This document shows, piece by piece, positions 63,785 to 64,000 of a stretch of DNA of 64,000 bases. Location: contig CATNEN010000038.1 in assembly GCA_950097015.1 (NCBI GenBank), forward strand, positions 29,202,001 to 29,266,000, written 5' to 3'. Origin of the DNA: Macrostomum hystrix. Its lineage: Eukaryota > Animalia > Platyhelminthes. The number at the start of each line of letters is the position of its first letter. Within the stretch, counting starts at the first letter, position 1. Made by a program: the position numbers and the translations under genes. Under the pieces are notes generated by a model. The model searched no databases and was not told the DNA's origin. It saw nothing but the letters and a program-made list of their open reading frames with translations.

Positions 63785-64000
63785 GTCTCTGGCATCTTCA
63801 TATTCTTCGTGATCATCGTCTTCGTCTGAGGGCTCAATTTCTCTAGTCAGAGAAGTCTGACAGCTCTGATGCACGAGGCTTGGGCTGCATTGAGACTGAT
63901 GTTCTGACATTTCTCTTGAAATAACTGACTGGTTTCGGTTCACTGTAATGGCAGGAGGCTCAGCTTCTACCTGTAGTTCTTCCTTCTGAACCTTTTCTTC

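Overview
Intron-containing animal (invertebrate) genomic DNA, not prokaryotic. The poly-Q exons, minisatellite-stuffed introns and divergent DEG/ENaC gene suggest a flatworm such as Macrostomum (inference only). The first ~34 kb is genic and holds five spliced genes: the 3' end of an FN3-TM (sidekick-like) receptor, a 5-exon Cys-rich surface protein, a 15-exon NIDO-AMOP-VWD-sushi-TM (mesh/SUSD2-like) gene with a GC-AG intron, a DEG/ENaC channel and ICMT. Among them lie ~8 copies of one tRNA-headed SINE, two mariner relics, a hAT MITE and many tandem arrays. The last ~28 kb is a nested transposon cluster. It contains an internally deleted Helitron with both termini plus extra Helitron-type ends, a SET-domain relic and a Sola2-like transposase relic. 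It also holds at least three CACTA/EnSpm (CMC)-type elements whose accessory genes are BEN- or DUF4806-like; one 7.2-kb element has TIRs and a TA TSD and sits inside another element's gene. The most striking item is a LINE at the right end. Its first 92 nt fold as an HDV-like ribozyme, followed by an AUG-less ORF with a 2A-like IHPNPGP motif ahead of the APE domain (an L1Tc-like layout). The LINE has since been fused in frame to a CACTA transposase. All family assignments are from motif recognition by eye; no database searches were run.
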